The translations under genes and the position numbers were made by a program. Positions 47,464 through 57,753 of a stretch of 64,000 nucleotides of DNA are shown here, in pieces. The stretch's first letter is position 1, and every line of letters starts with the position of its first letter. The notes below the pieces were generated by a model. That model was not told the origin of the DNA. It worked only from the letters and a program-made list of their open reading frames with translations, and did no database searches. This stretch comes from a virus (Duplodnaviria > Caudoviricetes): positions 32,001 through 96,000 of IMG/VR virus record IMGVR_UViG_3300038524_000024. One strand, written 5' to 3'.

Positions 47464-48024
47464 CTATCCAAGTAGGAAGTTACACATTACTAATCCCATC
47501 CCTTTATAAGGAATACGACCAATGGATGAAACTCTACATAACGCAGAAGACCTTTTATCAAAAAATAGCCTACCTAAGCCATCAATTTCAGCACCATTAA
47601 AAACCGAAATTAATCGTTGTATTATAGATACCGTTCTAGTTGTATGATTAGACAGATGATTTACTTTATAATGAGTATAAACCTCAAATGCCATAGCAAT
47701 TTTACCATATACGTGAGTATCTGGCGTTGCTATAATTGGGCTTACTCTCAATATAGATGTCTCTTGTGTCCATGCATCATCCATACCAACATCAAGAAAT
47801 ACACGACAATCAGTAATATTATCTCTGCCAGTATAAATTAAATCGGCTTTTTCTTGTAATGTTAAATTAGGGTGTTTATTAATATCTAAACTATCAGGGT
47901 CGGTATATTTCAATAGTCTCCACGATATGTCATCATGTTCTATTAAATAAGCCACTGTATTGTAAGATAATTCCGGCAATGCTGAAAATTCATTATAAGA
48001 TTCTTTTCTGTGGTCGGTAAACAT
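47464..48024 (-). CDS. Putative tail terminator
   Basis: LLKY..PD.L, FNG..I.G.G.L.F; position. Confidence 0.55.
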   Translation of the reverse strand: MFTDHRKESYNEFSALPELSYNTVAYLIEHDDISWRLLKYTDPDSLDINKHPNLTLQEKADLIYTGRDNITDCRVFLDVGMDDAWTQETSILRVSPIIATPDTHVYGKIAMAFEVYTHYKVNHLSNHTTRTVSIIQRLISVFNGAEIDGLGRLFFDKRSSALCRVSSIGRIPYKGMGLVMCNFLLG

Positions 48025-49304
48025 TAAAACACCCCTCTCAGAATAATTGTTATTTCGTAAGTATTAGCACCGGTTATACAATTGATTTTCAAATTGTTAT
48101 AAGGACTTCTCTTTACATTTTTTACACTAAAAGTATGTTCATCTATTTGTCTTAGAACAAAACTGCTTAATGGGGCGGTATTATTTTCAGACACTGCAAA
48201 AACAAAACTGGCTGGTGTCAAAACACCGCCAAGATATAATTGGCAATCAAATGTTTCTGTTCTTCCTTCAATTATATATGATGGTTCAGGCGTAACAACA
48301 ATTGCTGGCACATCAGATATACTGGACACTTCAACATTAACAATTGCTTCAACATCTGTGTTATCTGCAAACGCAACAGTAATTTCAGCCAAACCTTCAC
48401 CAACCATTGATACAAGTCCACTAGAATTCACTGTAGCTACATCAATATTAGATGAAGTATAATTAAATATTTTTCCTTCAATAGGTTCGTCTGCACGATA
48501 TAATTGTGGAAAGAGTTGATATGTACTAGTTGGTTTACCAGATATATATGTTGGAAGACTCTTAATTTCGTGAGTAAGTTTAAAAGCATTGGCATATCCG
48601 TTAATAATATCGTCAGTGCTATCGTTGACGTGGCTTCCACCCATAGTAAGCATTAGCATAGATGCAGAATAATCATCATAAGCAACACCATTAATAAAAT
48701 TACGTAAACCACCACCAAATACCTTGTATCCAACCCTGTTTTCTGGATTACCAATAAGAAATCTTTGATTTTCTCTAATTTTCTGTGTTTTTTGATTGAG
48801 TTGCGCATAAACATTAATATAGCCTTGAAGATTTACTAAATCATCAGAACTCATCTGGTCTCTTGCACGTGCAATCACTAAATCAAAAATGCATGGTTCA
48901 TTGTATCTTACACCATCCTCGTCAATCCATCGTAAAACATTATTACAACGTTTCACCATACATGAGACGGCAAAATTATTATACGTTTCAGTATTAAAAG
49001 TAAGCCAATAGTTATTATCAAAGAAATATTTTTTACCCATTATAATAGGATGGTCAACATTTTTAAAAATCAAAAGTCGCCAATCGTCACCAAGATTTCT
49101 TCCAGTGTAGACACCAATGCCACGATTAATCCTAACGTCTATGTCAGTATATTCATCGGAGCCAATTAAATTTTGTTCTTTTACTGTATAAATATCTGGC
49201 GCATTATAAAACCTTCGATGTACAACCTCTTGAAATACTTCTTTAATAAGGTCGCCATTTGTTTTCCCAAGTTCAATATCGTTAATGAAGTATTTATATG
49301 TCAT
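48024..49304 (-). CDS. Putative head-closure protein with Ig-like (Big_2) domain
   Basis: G.....DNNYWL, RCN..LRW.D..G; SSNIDVATVNSSGLV...G.G.A.IT. Confidence 0.6.
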   Translation of the reverse strand: MTYKYFINDIELGKTNGDLIKEVFQEVVHRRFYNAPDIYTVKEQNLIGSDEYTDIDVRINRGIGVYTGRNLGDDWRLLIFKNVDHPIIMGKKYFFDNNYWLTFNTETYNNFAVSCMVKRCNNVLRWIDEDGVRYNEPCIFDLVIARARDQMSSDDLVNLQGYINVYAQLNQKTQKIRENQRFLIGNPENRVGYKVFGGGLRNFINGVAYDDYSASMLMLTMGGSHVNDSTDDIINGYANAFKLTHEIKSLPTYISGKPTSTYQLFPQLYRADEPIEGKIFNYTSSNIDVATVNSSGLVSMVGEGLAEITVAFADNTDVEAIVNVEVSSISDVPAIVVTPEPSYIIEGRTETFDCQLYLGGVLTPASFVFAVSENNTAPLSSFVLRQIDEHTFSVKNVKRSPYNNLKINCITGANTYEITIILRGVF

Positions 49305-49306
49305 AT

Positions 49307-49759
49307 CTACCCCACAAACGACTGATTCAACCAAGAACTCCAATTATTGTTGCGGTATGTATATAAACTAAGAACTTTATCAGTTTCTTCTATTTGAAGA
49401 TTTAGTAAATTCCGCTTGGAATCTAAATTTTGGGCTTGGCTATATGTTTTAAAATCATGGTCTTGCAAAGTATTTTCAAAAGCTAAAACGTCATTGACTT
49501 CTTTTTCTAACCAATATCTAACCATCAAACGAGCAAGAATTTTTATATCCTCGCTATTCAACGTAGTTGAAAATGTTTGTGTATCTTTATCATATATTAA
49601 GTTATCAGCCCTTACGGAATTAAAGTCAACAATCGCAAGAATTAGCCAAGCCTCTACATAATTATTCAAGACTTCTTCACTCATTGAAAAAAGTTTTCTC
49701 AACTTATAGTCAACCGTAAGCATCATGAATATATCCACTATTTCAGAAATGTGTGTCAA
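49307..49759 (-). CDS. Putative head-tail adaptor
   Basis: T..SEI.D.F...DY.L, ILA.LM...WL, DFK.YSQA.NL; position. Confidence 0.6.
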   Translation of the reverse strand: MTHISEIVDIFMMLTVDYKLRKLFSMSEEVLNNYVEAWLILAIVDFNSVRADNLIYDKDTQTFSTTLNSEDIKILARLMVRYWLEKEVNDVLAFENTLQDHDFKTYSQAQNLDSKRNLLNLQIEETDKVLSLYTYRNNNWSSWLNQSFVG

Positions 49760-49792
49760 ATGCTACCTCCTTGCGATAAGTTTATAAGCAAA

Positions 49793-50458
49793 CTATTCTG
49801 GCTTCTCAAATATCTGTTTGAATTGTTTAGCTCTTTCACTAACATCATACCCGACAAACTTTGAAATGCCATAAATTCGATTCATGTCAACTTCTTTACC
49901 TTCGTTGATGTTATCAATAAGCATACCAACTATGTGCTCTTTTTGAGCCGTAGTAGCATTCTCAAATAAATGCAAGTCCTCTGGAGCGTTTCCATGAACA
50001 ATGCGCTCGATTTGTTCTTTGTTAAGAACATTTTTTGTAATCTGTTCAAGACCGTTTATTTTTGTAAATCTCGCATCGTTAACATACAAGTATCCACGTT
50101 CAAAAAATTTGAACTGTTTTTGCACGATGCTTACGAGGTCACCATAAGGAATCTCCATTGATACACCAAAGCCACGAAAAGTATAAACTCTCCCATTATT
50201 TTCTCCACCTGATGTAGTAACATTTACTATTCCGGGGGATAATGAAATCACTTCAATAGATTCGCCTAATTGAATTTTTTTATCTTCATTTTTGCTTCCG
50301 CTAGTAATTTCTTTTTGAATAAATTGTTCTAGTGAATTCAATAGCTTTTGATAATCAGATGCAGGAATAACTACAACTTCATCTTTCTGTTCGATTTGTT
50401 CAGCATTGATTTGTTGTGCTTTATTCGCAGGAACCTTCCTTCGAGTTTGTGTAGCCAT
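49793..50458 (-). CDS. Hypothetical morphogenesis protein (YonA-like position)
   Basis: 221 aa directly after the capsid gene. Confidence 0.6.
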   Translation of the reverse strand: MATQTRRKVPANKAQQINAEQIEQKDEVVVIPASDYQKLLNSLEQFIQKEITSGSKNEDKKIQLGESIEVISLSPGIVNVTTSGGENNGRVYTFRGFGVSMEIPYGDLVSIVQKQFKFFERGYLYVNDARFTKINGLEQITKNVLNKEQIERIVHGNAPEDLHLFENATTAQKEHIVGMLIDNINEGKEVDMNRIYGISKFVGYDVSERAKQFKQIFEKPE

Positions 50459-50482
50459 TTTATTATATTTCCTCTTTTATTC

Positions 50483-50511
50483 TTTGGGGGCTGGTATTAC
50501 CAGCCCCCAAA
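50483..50511 (-). terminator. Hairpin after the major capsid gene
   Basis: TTTGGGGGCTGGT-ATT-ACCAGCCCCCAAA. Confidence 0.65.
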
Positions 50512-50525
50512 TACTTAAAATTTAG

Positions 50526-51605
50526 CTAAAGTTCTACAGCACCAAATACCATACCAGTAGCTGCGACAACGCCAAATTCCTTCCACATGGTAACGGTTTG
50601 GGACAAATCTGCATAGTCGAAAGTACCGCTTGAATGGCGCATTTCTCCACCAACGCCAACCTTAATAGGTTTGCCAGATGACGGAAGAATGTAAATAACA
50701 TCATCAGCCAGAGCAGTGTCATAAGCAGAGGCGCCAACAAGTTGGGGCAACGCAAACACTGGCGAACCCATAGCTTGAGTTACGTGCCCAAGGGCAAAGT
50801 AACGAGAATCTACTGGCAACGAAGCATATGCAGCCGTCGGAATTATATCTGACAATGCGGCTGGAGTACCAACAATCCAAGGAACACCACCACCAGACCA
50901 AGCACGAACCTTACTAATAAGTTCCATCATAGTCTTTTGAGTATAGCCACTTACAACTAAACCGCTAGTGCCAGTCGGCAATGCAGAAACAGCAACCGAC
51001 AAAGCAGAAAGAGCTTCGTTCGCAATTGCTTGTGCCATAGAACGCACTACCAACGCAGCCATTTCGGCTAACGAATCTAGACCAAGTAACAAACGATAGA
51101 GGTCGGTTTCCATAGTAAGCATATGATTTTCTGTTTCAACGCGATATGCTCCCTTAACTACGCGCTGGCGCTCAGCAAGACGCTGTGCACGACCAGCTTT
51201 GGTAACCTTTAGGAAGCCAACGAGGTCTTTACGGAATTCAAACACATCACCATATCCACCAAACTGAATGTCAGCCCAAAGACCAATATAACGTTCGAGG
51301 GATTCTGGCATAATCGAATCTACCAAATTAGTAATAACCGCATATGTAGCCCAACCAGTCATGGGTGAGCTCAAATTTTCTTTTAGGTCTTCAACTGCAA
51401 ATCCAGCGCGTTTAGCAACTTCCTTAACAATAGCCTCGTTGACTTTTTCCTCTTTTTCAGAGAAAGTAATATCGGAGCTAAAGCGAAGGTCGCTTACACC
51501 ACGTTTTGAAAGATACTCGTTGTAATAATCACCAAAAGAGGCGAATAAACTAAGGGTATCTGCATCATTTTTTGCAAAAGTAACAATGTGATTCTGAAGT
51601 TTCAT
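50526..51605 (-). CDS. Major capsid protein
   Basis: 359 aa after protease/scaffold and decoration genes; GT..ALS and DD.IYI motifs; strong RBS and downstream hairpin. Confidence 0.75.
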   Translation of the reverse strand: MKLQNHIVTFAKNDADTLSLFASFGDYYNEYLSKRGVSDLRFSSDITFSEKEEKVNEAIVKEVAKRAGFAVEDLKENLSSPMTGWATYAVITNLVDSIMPESLERYIGLWADIQFGGYGDVFEFRKDLVGFLKVTKAGRAQRLAERQRVVKGAYRVETENHMLTMETDLYRLLLGLDSLAEMAALVVRSMAQAIANEALSALSVAVSALPTGTSGLVVSGYTQKTMMELISKVRAWSGGGVPWIVGTPAALSDIIPTAAYASLPVDSRYFALGHVTQAMGSPVFALPQLVGASAYDTALADDVIYILPSSGKPIKVGVGGEMRHSSGTFDYADLSQTVTMWKEFGVVAATGMVFGAVEL

Positions 51606-51631
51606 ATTTTTATCTCCTTATCCTTTATGAA

Positions 51632-52162
51632 TTAGTCAACCGCTGGAACGATAGCAGGGTTGTGAACTACTTCAAACTTGAACGCAGGAAGATTAAACAT
51701 ACTGTCGCCAATAGTAGTAGCTTTTACCAATTTAGCAGCAAAAGTACCAGCAACAGGGGCAGCAGCCCAATTCAGTTCCCAACTCTCGTTTACAGCGATA
51801 ACATATGTGTTAGTGCCTTGTGTACCAGCCAACGCATCGGCGGTAACAACAAACAAATCACCTTCATGTGGGAGAAACGCATCAAAAACTTTTCCAGCCA
51901 CATTATATAGTTCACGAGGGTCGCCTTCGATAGACTCGCCTTTAGCTTTTGCCCAAGGGGAACAAGCCATCCAAAGATAGCCAAGTTCGCCAGTTACGGG
52001 AACAGTAGCTTCCCAAACTTCATTACTAGACCCTTCGGCCTTTTGAGAATTCAATCTCATGAGATTACCATTATCCAAATCGACTCTCGCAACAGCGTTA
52101 CGCATGTGGGAATCCGCATTTGAAGAAAGGGTTTGAGACTTTACAATAACTGCATGTGCCAT
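51632..52162 (-). CDS. Putative capsid decoration protein
   Basis: DLDNG..., YN.AG....A....GD.F..T pattern; between scaffold and capsid. Confidence 0.6.
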   Translation of the reverse strand: MAHAVIVKSQTLSSNADSHMRNAVARVDLDNGNLMRLNSQKAEGSSNEVWEATVPVTGELGYLWMACSPWAKAKGESIEGDPRELYNVAGKVFDAFLPHEGDLFVVTADALAGTQGTNTYVIAVNESWELNWAAAPVAGTFAAKLVKATTIGDSMFNLPAFKFEVVHNPAIVPAVD

Positions 52163-52190
52163 ATTTTATTCCTCCAAAAATTTATTAAAA

Positions 52191-53495
52191 TTACCAAAGC
52201 AACTTAACGCCATTTTTCTTCTCTTTCTTTTCAGGAAGCGAAGCCGACATATCAGATTTTGCTTGAGGTTTATTATTCAATGATGCTTTATAGGCTGTTG
52301 CCATAGCTTCATTTTTCCAAATATCAATGTTCTCAAGAGTATAATTTTGAGAAGCTTGAAGTAAAACAGTAGTTTCATTTTCAGATAACGAATGTTTTAC
52401 TGTTTCCATAGTTTCATTGATTTCTTTTTGTAGTTGATTTTTATCAACTTCGGATTTGAATTCCTTTAGAACAAGATTTTCACTTTTATAAGTTTCAAGC
52501 TCATTAGAAACGCTTATCAACTCATTATAAAGAAACTCAATAGCACCAATGTGGTTATCAGAACTAAATAATTCCGATACTTCAACCTTGCCAAAATATT
52601 CAATTATTTCAGCAAAGGGTAATTTTGGCTGCATAGTTTCTGTTTGTTCTATTTCTTCTAACTGCTCAGAAATTTCTTTGTCAAAAACTTTCTCAGATTC
52701 TGATTCTGGTTTAGATTCTTGAATTTCAAACTCTTCAACTGCATCGTCTTTTTCCAAAATATCGTCAATTGTAACGTCACTATCTTCAGGCAAGTCTTCA
52801 TTTAAGTCTTCTTGCTGTTGGATAATTTCTTCTAAGTCTTCATGTAATTCTTTATCTTCTATTTCCACAATACTATCACCTTCTTCCATTATTTCATTCA
52901 CCGTAGTAATTGGTTTTGAAAGTTCTTTTTCATATGCTTTATTATATTCCTTAGTGGCATCAGAAAAATTCATTACCAATGCTTTTGCCCCGGGAATTGC
53001 TGGCATAACTTTTGTACCTAAAATGGTAATTCCAGTATATGCATAATCAGATAATTCCCACGAACCATCTTCACGGTGTGTTGAATCAAGAACTTCTAAT
53101 TCGACAGAAACTGGTTTTTGGCTATCGTCACGCCTAAAGAAATCCATTAGGAAGCCAGAGTAGTATTTCCACACTTTAGCAACGACGCTCAACATCGTTC
53201 TGCCATCTTCTAGCCTAGTAAACGTCAAGTTGTTATTACTTGAAGGCACGAATCCACAAGGCACTTCGCTTCTTTCATGGCTACCAACATCATTGACTTT
53301 CTTATCATAAGCCCACAAAAGCGGTTTATCAAGAATAGTCCATGCTGTTTTTTGCAATGTTTCATCACTGATATAAGTTTTATTCAAATTATGTCCCGAT
53401 GCAAATGCGTTGACATGCAGTGTGGCAAATTGTTCGTCGTTGTGTTGTCTCTCGATTCTAACATCGGTTGCCACAAAACTCAATTTTTCACCCAT
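52191..53495 (-). CDS. Prohead protease / scaffold (YonD-like)
   Basis: G.NLN.T.I, HE..EVP.GF, VWK.Y, VSVE, GITILG..PA; acidic and coiled-coil C-terminus. Confidence 0.75.
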   Translation of the reverse strand: MGEKLSFVATDVRIERQHNDEQFATLHVNAFASGHNLNKTYISDETLQKTAWTILDKPLLWAYDKKVNDVGSHERSEVPCGFVPSSNNNLTFTRLEDGRTMLSVVAKVWKYYSGFLMDFFRRDDSQKPVSVELEVLDSTHREDGSWELSDYAYTGITILGTKVMPAIPGAKALVMNFSDATKEYNKAYEKELSKPITTVNEIMEEGDSIVEIEDKELHEDLEEIIQQQEDLNEDLPEDSDVTIDDILEKDDAVEEFEIQESKPESESEKVFDKEISEQLEEIEQTETMQPKLPFAEIIEYFGKVEVSELFSSDNHIGAIEFLYNELISVSNELETYKSENLVLKEFKSEVDKNQLQKEINETMETVKHSLSENETTVLLQASQNYTLENIDIWKNEAMATAYKASLNNKPQAKSDMSASLPEKKEKKNGVKLLW

Positions 53496-53534
53496 TCATA
53501 GTCCTCCTTTCTACCAAAATTGTAATGGTTTCCT

Positions 53535-54200
53535 TCATACATATCTCCAAATAAATCCACCTGAAGAATTTAGTTTACCGCTACAGCATGAACCAATCTT
53601 CTTAGCACCAGTAGCTTCACGTGCGACTGATATGCTATTGTATTCTTTTATAAGTTCTAGGTTCAACGTGTATTGTGACACCGGCTTGCAATGTGCAATT
53701 GACATATTAGCACGAGCCACTTGTGAAACAACAATATTACATCGTTTGGCACACGCCATAGGCGAAAGCTTGCACCCTCTTTTAGCCAACGACATTTTCT
53801 GACGAGTCTCGGATGAGTGTTTGTAACCAAGCGCATTCTTACGCCCCATTCCAGCGTCCGATATTTTAGCACGTGTTTCTGGCGAATGTTTCAGCCCAAA
53901 ACAACTTCCAGCGGTCTTTAAAATATTATATTCAGGTAGAAGACTGTCAATGTAATATTGCTCTCTTATGAGAAGCATGGATTTAAAACAAATTTCTAAC
54001 ACTGAAAACACAAAAGCATCTTCACCGTAAAAATTCCAAGCGTTCTGAAGATGCTTGTTCGGGTGTTTATTTTTCCGCAATGCACGGAGATGTTCCCCCC
54101 ATCTTTTGCTGATATTCATAGCACTGCCGATATAAAACTTTCTATTAATAGTATTAAAAATTTTGTATATTCCACTGGTTTTCTGCGATAAACTATTCAT
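53535..54200 (-). CDS. GIY-YIG homing endonuclease (NUMOD3 and NUMOD1)
   Basis: SGIYKI..FYIGSA, REQYYID..PEYN, KPV.QY..L..EY.SI..A..GGF.WRY. Confidence 0.92.
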   Translation of the reverse strand: MNSLSQKTSGIYKIFNTINRKFYIGSAMNISKRWGEHLRALRKNKHPNKHLQNAWNFYGEDAFVFSVLEICFKSMLLIREQYYIDSLLPEYNILKTAGSCFGLKHSPETRAKISDAGMGRKNALGYKHSSETRQKMSLAKRGCKLSPMACAKRCNIVVSQVARANMSIAHCKPVSQYTLNLELIKEYNSISVAREATGAKKIGSCCSGKLNSSGGFIWRYV

Positions 54201-54221
54201 ATCAAACCACCTTTAAGTATT

Positions 54222-54422
54222 TTAAACACGCACTCCATATTCATTCAAAGCCTCAAGTAATTCATCTGTGATTGCGAATATGTATGGCTTTTTAGAATCT
54301 TCGTCTTTGTCCAAAGAAAAGACGGGAATATGCTTATCATAAATAAGAAAATTTGCCATCTCTTTATTGCATTTATAACTTTTAAACCCAACCAAACTAT
54401 CAGGATTTATTACGAAACTCAT
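54222..54422 (-). CDS. Small hypothetical protein
   Basis: 66 aa directly after the portal gene. Confidence 0.6.
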   Translation of the reverse strand: MSFVINPDSLVGFKSYKCNKEMANFLIYDKHIPVFSLDKDEDSKKPYIFAITDELLEALNEYGVRV

Positions 54423-54423
54423 T

Positions 54424-55977
54424 TTATACTTCCCCACCACGGTCTATATTTCCACCACTATCCCGTGTAGAAACTCCAGAATCGCTTAACTCAGAATCTT
54501 CTTTTTCTGGTCGACCAGCATCGGCAGAGCCAACTTTGCTAACGTTTATCATTTGGGTGAATTTTTCGGCAATACCACTAGCATACCCTTCTTCAATCTG
54601 ATGATAAAAATCAAACGGACTCATACTCAACGCGCTGGCAATTTTTTGTGGTAACAATATGCCATAGTTCATTACTTTCGTAATGGCATCTAGTCTTTGA
54701 CTTCTATTGGTATAGAAATCACTTCCTTCAAATTTAAAAGTAAATAAATATTTCTTAGTAAATTGATTTACAAATAATTCTAGAAAAGATTCTGCCTGTG
54801 GGTATATTGATTTAGCCATCAATTGTTCATCAACATTTAAAGACAATTGTGTTTCAACACTATTTGAACGATTATCACTATCTGCAAATAATAAGTTTGA
54901 ATTAACGCCACTCGTAGATAAAGTTGTTTTTAAATAATCTTTATATAGGTCTTTTTCGGCAGGAAAACTTATGGCTTGAACTTCTTCAAGTGGCAATGCG
55001 GCTAATTTGATAGCATCCGAGAGAGCCGATTTCATAAATGCCATAAATTGACCAAGCAACTTAGCATCGGTATCAAAGTTATTACCTGTTTTTGCCTGTG
55101 TGTCTTTGTTTCTACCAAGTTGACCAATGACAAGTCTTTGTGCGGCAGCCATATCTGAATTCTTTTGTAAGTTGCGCATTAAATTTTGATTTATCAAGTC
55201 TTTAAACAATCCACTAAATACAGGAACACCACTCAAAGTTTCTAAGTTAAACTTAAATACAAAAGCAACCTCGGTTGGAAGTTCGATAAATCTTTCAATT
55301 TTTTTTCTAGATTTTGTTTTTAAATCCCTATCATTGATAATCTCGTTATATGTCTTAGTAAAATACTCTGGAAAACCAATGAGAGCATCTTGATTTGAAT
55401 CAAAATATGAAAAATCAAATGCAAACCTATAGCAATATTCGCCTTTGCCTGTAATGTGACAAAACTGTCTTGGAAGTTCTTGAAGAATAATTTTATTTCC
55501 CTCAAATCTAGGAACACAATAAAAAACTTCATTTCTTAATAAATGTCTTGTTACATTAATAAATTCTTTTTTGTAATCAAAGCGATTGAAAAAATTTTCT
55601 ACTATTTTCAAATCTTTCTTATATGCTAAACTATTATAATCATTCTTTCCATCATATGCGTTAGAGACATATGTAAAATCAAAAGACAACAAATTACCCA
55701 AATATGATATTAATTTCCTATATATTTGAGATTCAAGTTCTAGTTTTTGACTATATTCAATTAGCTTTTCCGATTCGGAATCGCTACCCTGAATCATGGC
55801 ATCTATACTATTGATGCCATTACTAAGCAAATCAGTTCTATTCGCTCCAATATTTATAAAGGAGCCAACATTGAAGTAGTTCTGGGCGAAGGATAATACG
55901 TCCCATACTTGTTCTTGGGTCAATTCGCTATTATCTGATTCATCAGGAATAGGGCTCATTAAATTTTCATTATCCAT
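54424..55977 (-). CDS. Portal protein (YonE-like)
   Basis: 517 aa after terminase; LQELP..C.I.G, FDFSYF, C-terminal AGRP.K...L.DSG..TRD. Confidence 0.8.
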   Translation of the reverse strand: MDNENLMSPIPDESDNSELTQEQVWDVLSFAQNYFNVGSFINIGANRTDLLSNGINSIDAMIQGSDSESEKLIEYSQKLELESQIYRKLISYLGNLLSFDFTYVSNAYDGKNDYNSLAYKKDLKIVENFFNRFDYKKEFINVTRHLLRNEVFYCVPRFEGNKIILQELPRQFCHITGKGEYCYRFAFDFSYFDSNQDALIGFPEYFTKTYNEIINDRDLKTKSRKKIERFIELPTEVAFVFKFNLETLSGVPVFSGLFKDLINQNLMRNLQKNSDMAAAQRLVIGQLGRNKDTQAKTGNNFDTDAKLLGQFMAFMKSALSDAIKLAALPLEEVQAISFPAEKDLYKDYLKTTLSTSGVNSNLLFADSDNRSNSVETQLSLNVDEQLMAKSIYPQAESFLELFVNQFTKKYLFTFKFEGSDFYTNRSQRLDAITKVMNYGILLPQKIASALSMSPFDFYHQIEEGYASGIAEKFTQMINVSKVGSADAGRPEKEDSELSDSGVSTRDSGGNIDRGGEV

Positions 55978-55995
55978 AGTAAAGCCCTCCTTTCA

Positions 55996-57753
55996 TTAAA
56001 CAACTATTAACAAATTGCGCATTTCTTCAAATTCACTATCATAATTTGTTTCACGCATATATGCTCTATCTAAAATCTCAGCAAAGAAATTTGCATAAGA
56101 AACTGAAGTATATCTGTCTTTTCTTCCATTTGGTCTACTCAACTTAATGTTGTTATTTACAAATGAGGTTTCAAGATTCATACACTCATCAATCAACAAT
56201 GTTGTTTGAACATATGGATTTAGAAAAAACGCACCAATATTGTTATCGGTTGCATTAGACATATATTCTGGTTGAGAATCTAATAAATAGTTTTCAGCAT
56301 CAATCTGATGTATCAAAAATTCCCACATTTTATTTTGCAATGATGATTTGAATTCACTTGCAATTCTTGAGTTCAAAGATGCACTTGCCATAATTGGAAA
56401 TACAACTGGCATTGCATTAATAGATGTAACCCTAGAAAGATAATCTTCTCTCTGCTGGTTGTCAAGAATGCTTAAACTACATAATGTAAACGCTGGATAT
56501 GCCACATTTCTTTCATCGTCTGTACTCGCCTTGCCAAGTTGCTCAAATATGCTTAATCCAACATTTTGTGTATCAAGCACTAGATAATCAGCTTCAAAAT
56601 CAAAAAATACTTGTTTGATTCTCGCCGCTTGATTAGCAGTACTAACACCACCATGAGATTCCATATATACTAATTTGCGCGCAAATCCCTTTGTACTAGG
56701 TATAAGTCTTACACAAGATAATATGGTAAGGTCATTTTGTTTACCACTTCTAGTGGCAACATCAACTGATAGTATGCGTACCTCATCTGCAACTTTAGTA
56801 ATTCCATAAGGATTCTTTTTAGCATTATAAGTGGCTAAACGTTGAGGATAAAAGGCACGATTTCCAGTTCTTTTGAAAAATGATAGGTCAAAAAATGCTT
56901 TTGCGGATATGGTTGATGGTAGGTTATAATACTCATGTCTAACAGTTGTCCTATCATTATTCATCATTTCGCCCATTAAACTACTACGCCCTTTAATACC
57001 ATGTCTAATAGAAATAAGATAATCTAAAGCAATAAAATGAACAAGCTTATCGCCTTTAAGAACTCTAGATATTACCGACTTTACATCTTGATACCAATCA
57101 GCGTCTGCATAATGTGCGGAGGTGATATATGAAATTGTATTGTCTTCACGAAAATCTAAATCGTCTTTATATGGTTCTTTAGCCCTATATGGTGGGTGCC
57201 TAAAAAACAAAAATGGCTTAATAATAGATTCAAGAGATGCTTTGTCAACAAGTCTTGATTCTTCAATGATGATATCATTGGCACGGTTTCCACGAGCAGA
57301 TTCCCCGAGTGGAACAACTTTTATAGTTGACCCGTTGCGAAAAAGTGCTTCATAGCCACCTTTGTTAAAATGAAGCTTAGTGATTTCTCTAGCTACATTT
57401 GGATGTAATTCCATAATAGACTTAGTTTTATCCGATATGATAATACCAGCCTGTGCCATAGTTTTCGCCACAACGACAATCTGAATACCCGGATATAAAA
57501 TAGCTTTTGCAATAGAAAATGCAGCAATCAACCATGATTTTGCACTTGCTCTTGCGGCGACAGCATAAAACGTTTGGCTATGTTGTAACATCCAAACCAT
57601 CAATATCTGATACGGATAAAGTTCAAGCCCCATGTAGTCAACCATAAAACGATGTATGTTCCTACGATAAAAAGTAATCCAGCGTTTCAATCTATCTTTT
57701 TTTACGGTAGAAAAATCAGCATGTAGGTTAAACTTTCCTTTTTGGCTTGCCAT
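55996..57753 (-). CDS. terL: Terminase large subunit (YonF-like)
   Basis: LYPYQ, Walker A ARASAKSW, RGNRA, Walker B IIIEE, nuclease SVDVA ... KDRYTS. Confidence 0.9.
   Translation of the reverse strand: MASQKGKFNLHADFSTVKKDRLKRWITFYRRNIHRFMVDYMGLELYPYQILMVWMLQHSQTFYAVAARASAKSWLIAAFSIAKAILYPGIQIVVVAKTMAQAGIIISDKTKSIMELHPNVAREITKLHFNKGGYEALFRNGSTIKVVPLGESARGNRANDIIIEESRLVDKASLESIIKPFLFFRHPPYRAKEPYKDDLDFREDNTISYITSAHYADADWYQDVKSVISRVLKGDKLVHFIALDYLISIRHGIKGRSSLMGEMMNNDRTTVRHEYYNLPSTISAKAFFDLSFFKRTGNRAFYPQRLATYNAKKNPYGITKVADEVRILSVDVATRSGKQNDLTILSCVRLIPSTKGFARKLVYMESHGGVSTANQAARIKQVFFDFEADYLVLDTQNVGLSIFEQLGKASTDDERNVAYPAFTLCSLSILDNQQREDYLSRVTSINAMPVVFPIMASASLNSRIASEFKSSLQNKMWEFLIHQIDAENYLLDSQPEYMSNATDNNIGAFFLNPYVQTTLLIDECMNLETSFVNNNIKLSRPNGRKDRYTSVSYANFFAEILDRAYMRETNYDSEFEEMRNLLIVV

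Noticed and set aside
21640-54200. GIY-YIG genes as group I intron ORFs
   Set aside because: Flanking genes appear complete, and there is no room or visible P7 core for an intron
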